Positions 61,125 to 64,000 of a stretch of DNA of 64,000 bases are shown here, one piece after another. The stretch lies in assembly GCA_047495785.1 (NCBI GenBank), contig JBLDXI010000066.1:310001-374000 (forward strand), in the 5' to 3' direction. The DNA comes from Lepidodermella squamata (Eukaryota; Animalia; Gastrotricha). A model generated the notes under the pieces. It was not told where the DNA came from and did no database searches. It was given only the letters and a program-made list of their open reading frames with translations. Within the stretch, counting starts at the first letter, position 1; each line of letters starts with the position of its first letter. The translations under genes and the position numbers were made by a program.

Positions 61125-62177
61125 ATGCCTCATGCTTCGAAATGGTCCCTGCTAACCGGTGCAGCTTTTGGAGTTGTAATGGTTAACATGCTACAATTCC
61201 TAGGAATCTTCCCAATACCAATGCCCATGGGCTCAATCTCATACCAAATCATTCGCGAAACAATCAAGGATGCGACTGAGATTCGAAATGAAACTACTGT
61301 GAAGCTAGGGGTTGATTTTGACATTTTGGACCGTGAGATGGATGCGGTAGTCAGCAAATCTCAAAAAATTCCAAAAATCCTGCATCAAACCTGGAAAACA
61401 TCTACACCACCTCAAAAATACCAAGGCTATCGAAAACGATGGCTGGAATTGCATCCTGATTGGCATCACCACTTATGGACCGATGAAGAGAATCGAGCCT
61501 TAGTAGCGAAATACTACCCATGGTTCCTTGGGACCTACGACGCATTCCAGGTTGGGGTAATGCGTTCCGACGTCATTCGCTACATCCTAATGCATCGATA
61601 CGGCGGGATGTACGCCGATCTGGACGTTGAGCCACTTCGAAATCTTGATTTTCTGTTCGAAAACGAGACTCAGCCGGTGATCCTAGGCTACATGGAGTGC
61701 AGCGAAAGTCGACAGAACATACCCCCGGCCTGGGCCATGTCTCGACCTGGCCATCAATTGTGGCTACTGGCGTTGATGCAGTCTCAGGATGCAGCGGCTA
61801 GGTACCCGAAAAATGTTAGGCCGGAGTACATCACTGGACCAGCTGCGTTGTACAAGTCGATCGAAACCTATAGCTTACTAAAGCCAATGACCTTGGGAAT
61901 GAAGATCGACGGCAAGCCTCAGATATGTTCACCGGTCATTGGAGATATAAGGATCTTGGAACCTGGCCTGATTTACCCGTATCATTGGAATATGGAGAAA
62001 ACACCACTCGGCAAAATTTGCTTTGGTAAATCCGCCGAACAAAACGAGACTGAGTGTAAGAAGAAGTTCCCGAATGCTTACACAATCCAATACAGCGGCT
62101 ATTCATGGAAAGATGACTGGTACAACTATTTGAAGCAAGCTAAATTGGGTGAAGGCGGAAGTCCCTTTCGAAAGTAA
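61125..62177 (+). CDS. GT32 (DXD) glycosyltransferase, copy 2
   Basis: Tandem paralog with the same motifs and a diverged stem. Confidence 0.9.
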   Translation: MPHASKWSLLTGAAFGVVMVNMLQFLGIFPIPMPMGSISYQIIRETIKDATEIRNETTVKLGVDFDILDREMDAVVSKSQKIPKILHQTWKTSTPPQKYQGYRKRWLELHPDWHHHLWTDEENRALVAKYYPWFLGTYDAFQVGVMRSDVIRYILMHRYGGMYADLDVEPLRNLDFLFENETQPVILGYMECSESRQNIPPAWAMSRPGHQLWLLALMQSQDAAARYPKNVRPEYITGPAALYKSIETYSLLKPMTLGMKIDGKPQICSPVIGDIRILEPGLIYPYHWNMEKTPLGKICFGKSAEQNETECKKKFPNAYTIQYSGYSWKDDWYNYLKQAKLGEGGSPFRK

Positions 62178-63595
62178 CTGCCAAAGTAAACTTTTCTAGT
62201 GATTAGGATATTTTTCTATTAATTTAACAATTTGTCCGCACAATAAAGTTTGCTCGAAATTAAAAATATGAGCTCTTGCTGCTGGGTCGAAAATCCGTTG
62301 GTGGGTCGAAATTAAGGAATCCTTAACGGTGTTGAGGGCAGAAACGAGATTTCGGCCCGCTGAAAATGCCCGAGGGCGTAGCGAAGCGAAGCCCGAGGGT
62401 ATTTTCAAGGGCTGAAATCGAGTTTTTGCCCGAAACACAAGTTTAGGATTCCTGTTCCCACATTGTTGGTTATTTTCTGAATAAAAACCCAATTTTCCAC
62501 TGGAAATCTGGATAAAATGCCTAAACACTCATACCCACTGTGTCTGACTAAATTAATTTTGTTGAAATTAAAAAATCAACCTTAAAAAATCGATTAACAA
62601 ATTCTAATTGTTTCATTCCTTTTTTAAATCAATTTTTGCACTGAATTCTTTGTTGGTTGAAACCACGCACGGCATCGGCGATTTAATCCTCGGAAACGCA
62701 GTCGATTCTAACCAAATGGATATGGCTGTTGCAGTCTGAGCGACACCAATCAGCTCGTGAAAACCGCAATGCTCAAGATATCGAGCTGCTATAGCAAAAG
62801 CCCGAATTTCCTCTTCGCCGATGTTCAGTGTTCAATCCAGTGTTCAATCCGACGGCGATGACGGCGATGACTTTGAAGGCGTTGCTGAATAACTGCAACA
62901 ATACATCGAAGAATTGGCGCTTGAGACAATTGGCACGGTGCAAAATTCCAGGAAACGATACGCCGACTATGCTGTTCAACGACTTTCGGTGGAAAATCTC
63001 TATGCGAAGCGACGGCATTGGCATTGTTGGGCTGTGATCCTGTTAAGCCTGAAGAACCGGTTTGAATCACGCCATTTCACGGTCGACGCCAGTTGTCAAG
63101 TAATTTACTGCACGGTGCATGTCACATCCAGAACTGACTATTGTTTATAAGCTCTCCCACAGTATTATTGTTCAATAAAAATTGTTTTTGTTAAAATGCT
63201 TTATTTTGGTTCAAATTTTTGCTTTGCTAGTCCAATCCCTAAATGGAGTCTGGTTCGCCCAGTAATTCAATGATTTGGATTTTAACCGAAATTAATAATA
63301 AAAGATCCACCTTAAAACGCGTGAGCGGGCGGAATCACCGGGCGGAAACACCGGGCGGAATCACATTTTCCATTGAAGCAAAAAATAACCAACCATGTGG
63401 GAACTAGTTTTGTTTTAATAAATAAGGAAAAACGCGGCATTTTTGCTCTAAGAGATGCAAATCATTATTGCAGCATCATTACTCTATTGCAGTCATTGAA
63501 ATTTTCAAAACGTATGGCATCGTGGCAAAGGTCCATAGGAGGGCGGAATTGAAAGAGGGTGATGAAGCCATTCACATTTCCGTTTGATTGTTACA

Positions 63596-63753
63596 GCAAG
63601 TCGAGCAGGCAGAATGAAACTGAGTGTAAAAAGAACTTCCCGAATGCTTATACAATTCAATATAGCGGTTATTCTTGGGAAGATGACTGGAACGGGTTTT
63701 TGGCTCAGGCGAAGATGGGGGAAGGCGGAATACCGAATGACAGCCACAAATGA
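63596..63753 (+). pseudogene. 3' fragment of a third GT32 copy
   Basis: SSRQNETECKKNFPNAYTIQYSGYSWEDDWNGFLAQAKMGEGGIP matches the C-termini of both GT32 genes; no upstream catalytic part seen. Confidence 0.8.
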
Positions 63754-64000
63754 ATCTGTGATGTATTTAGGCCTTGTAAAATGAAAAATTATTTGTAGAT
63801 CACATATCACATGCCACATGCTCTAGAAAATAAATTATGTATCTGTGTAGTGAATGTATGTTGCTGTTGGATTGAAATCGCCAAATTAATAACGTCGGGG
63901 CTTCATCATTTTCCCATCAATTGAAATCGTGAGATTACTATAGACCAATAAATTGGGGAATTAGCATATAGTAGGGAATTTTGAGAATCGTTTATTCCAA

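Noticed and set aside
62230-63430. Possible transposon between GT32 copy 2 and the GT32 relic (CCCGAGGG..CCCGAGGG motif, GGGCGGAA repeats)
   Set aside because: No terminal repeats, target-site duplication or coding motif could be defined.

Overview
Eukaryotic, most likely invertebrate metazoan, genomic DNA with GT-AG spliceosomal introns; the lineage cannot be fixed from sequence alone. The dominant feature is a + strand tandem array of eight paralogous genes: one cut off by the window start, five apparently intact, one frameshifted and one disrupted by a transposon. Each splices a signal peptide plus two LamG/pentraxin-like jelly-roll domains in frame onto a divergent Cys-loop ligand-gated ion channel, giving about 900-920 aa. 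The ORF track splits each gene into separate ORFs, but a conserved phase-1 intron joins them, and the second LamG-like domain straddles that intron. The channels lack the canonical acetylcholine-site motifs, have a very short M3-M4 loop and carry a P-D-R M1-M2 motif. Interleaved with the array is a segmentally duplicated pair of RING/B-box-like/coiled-coil/ankyrin (TRIM-like) genes with operon-like spacing. Downstream lie a secreted L-type-lectin-like gene, a stand-alone intronless divergent Cys-loop subunit and tandem GT32 glycosyltransferases. Several TA-flanked terminal-inverted-repeat (TIR) elements, an RTE-like LINE fragment and intronic hairpins are also present.
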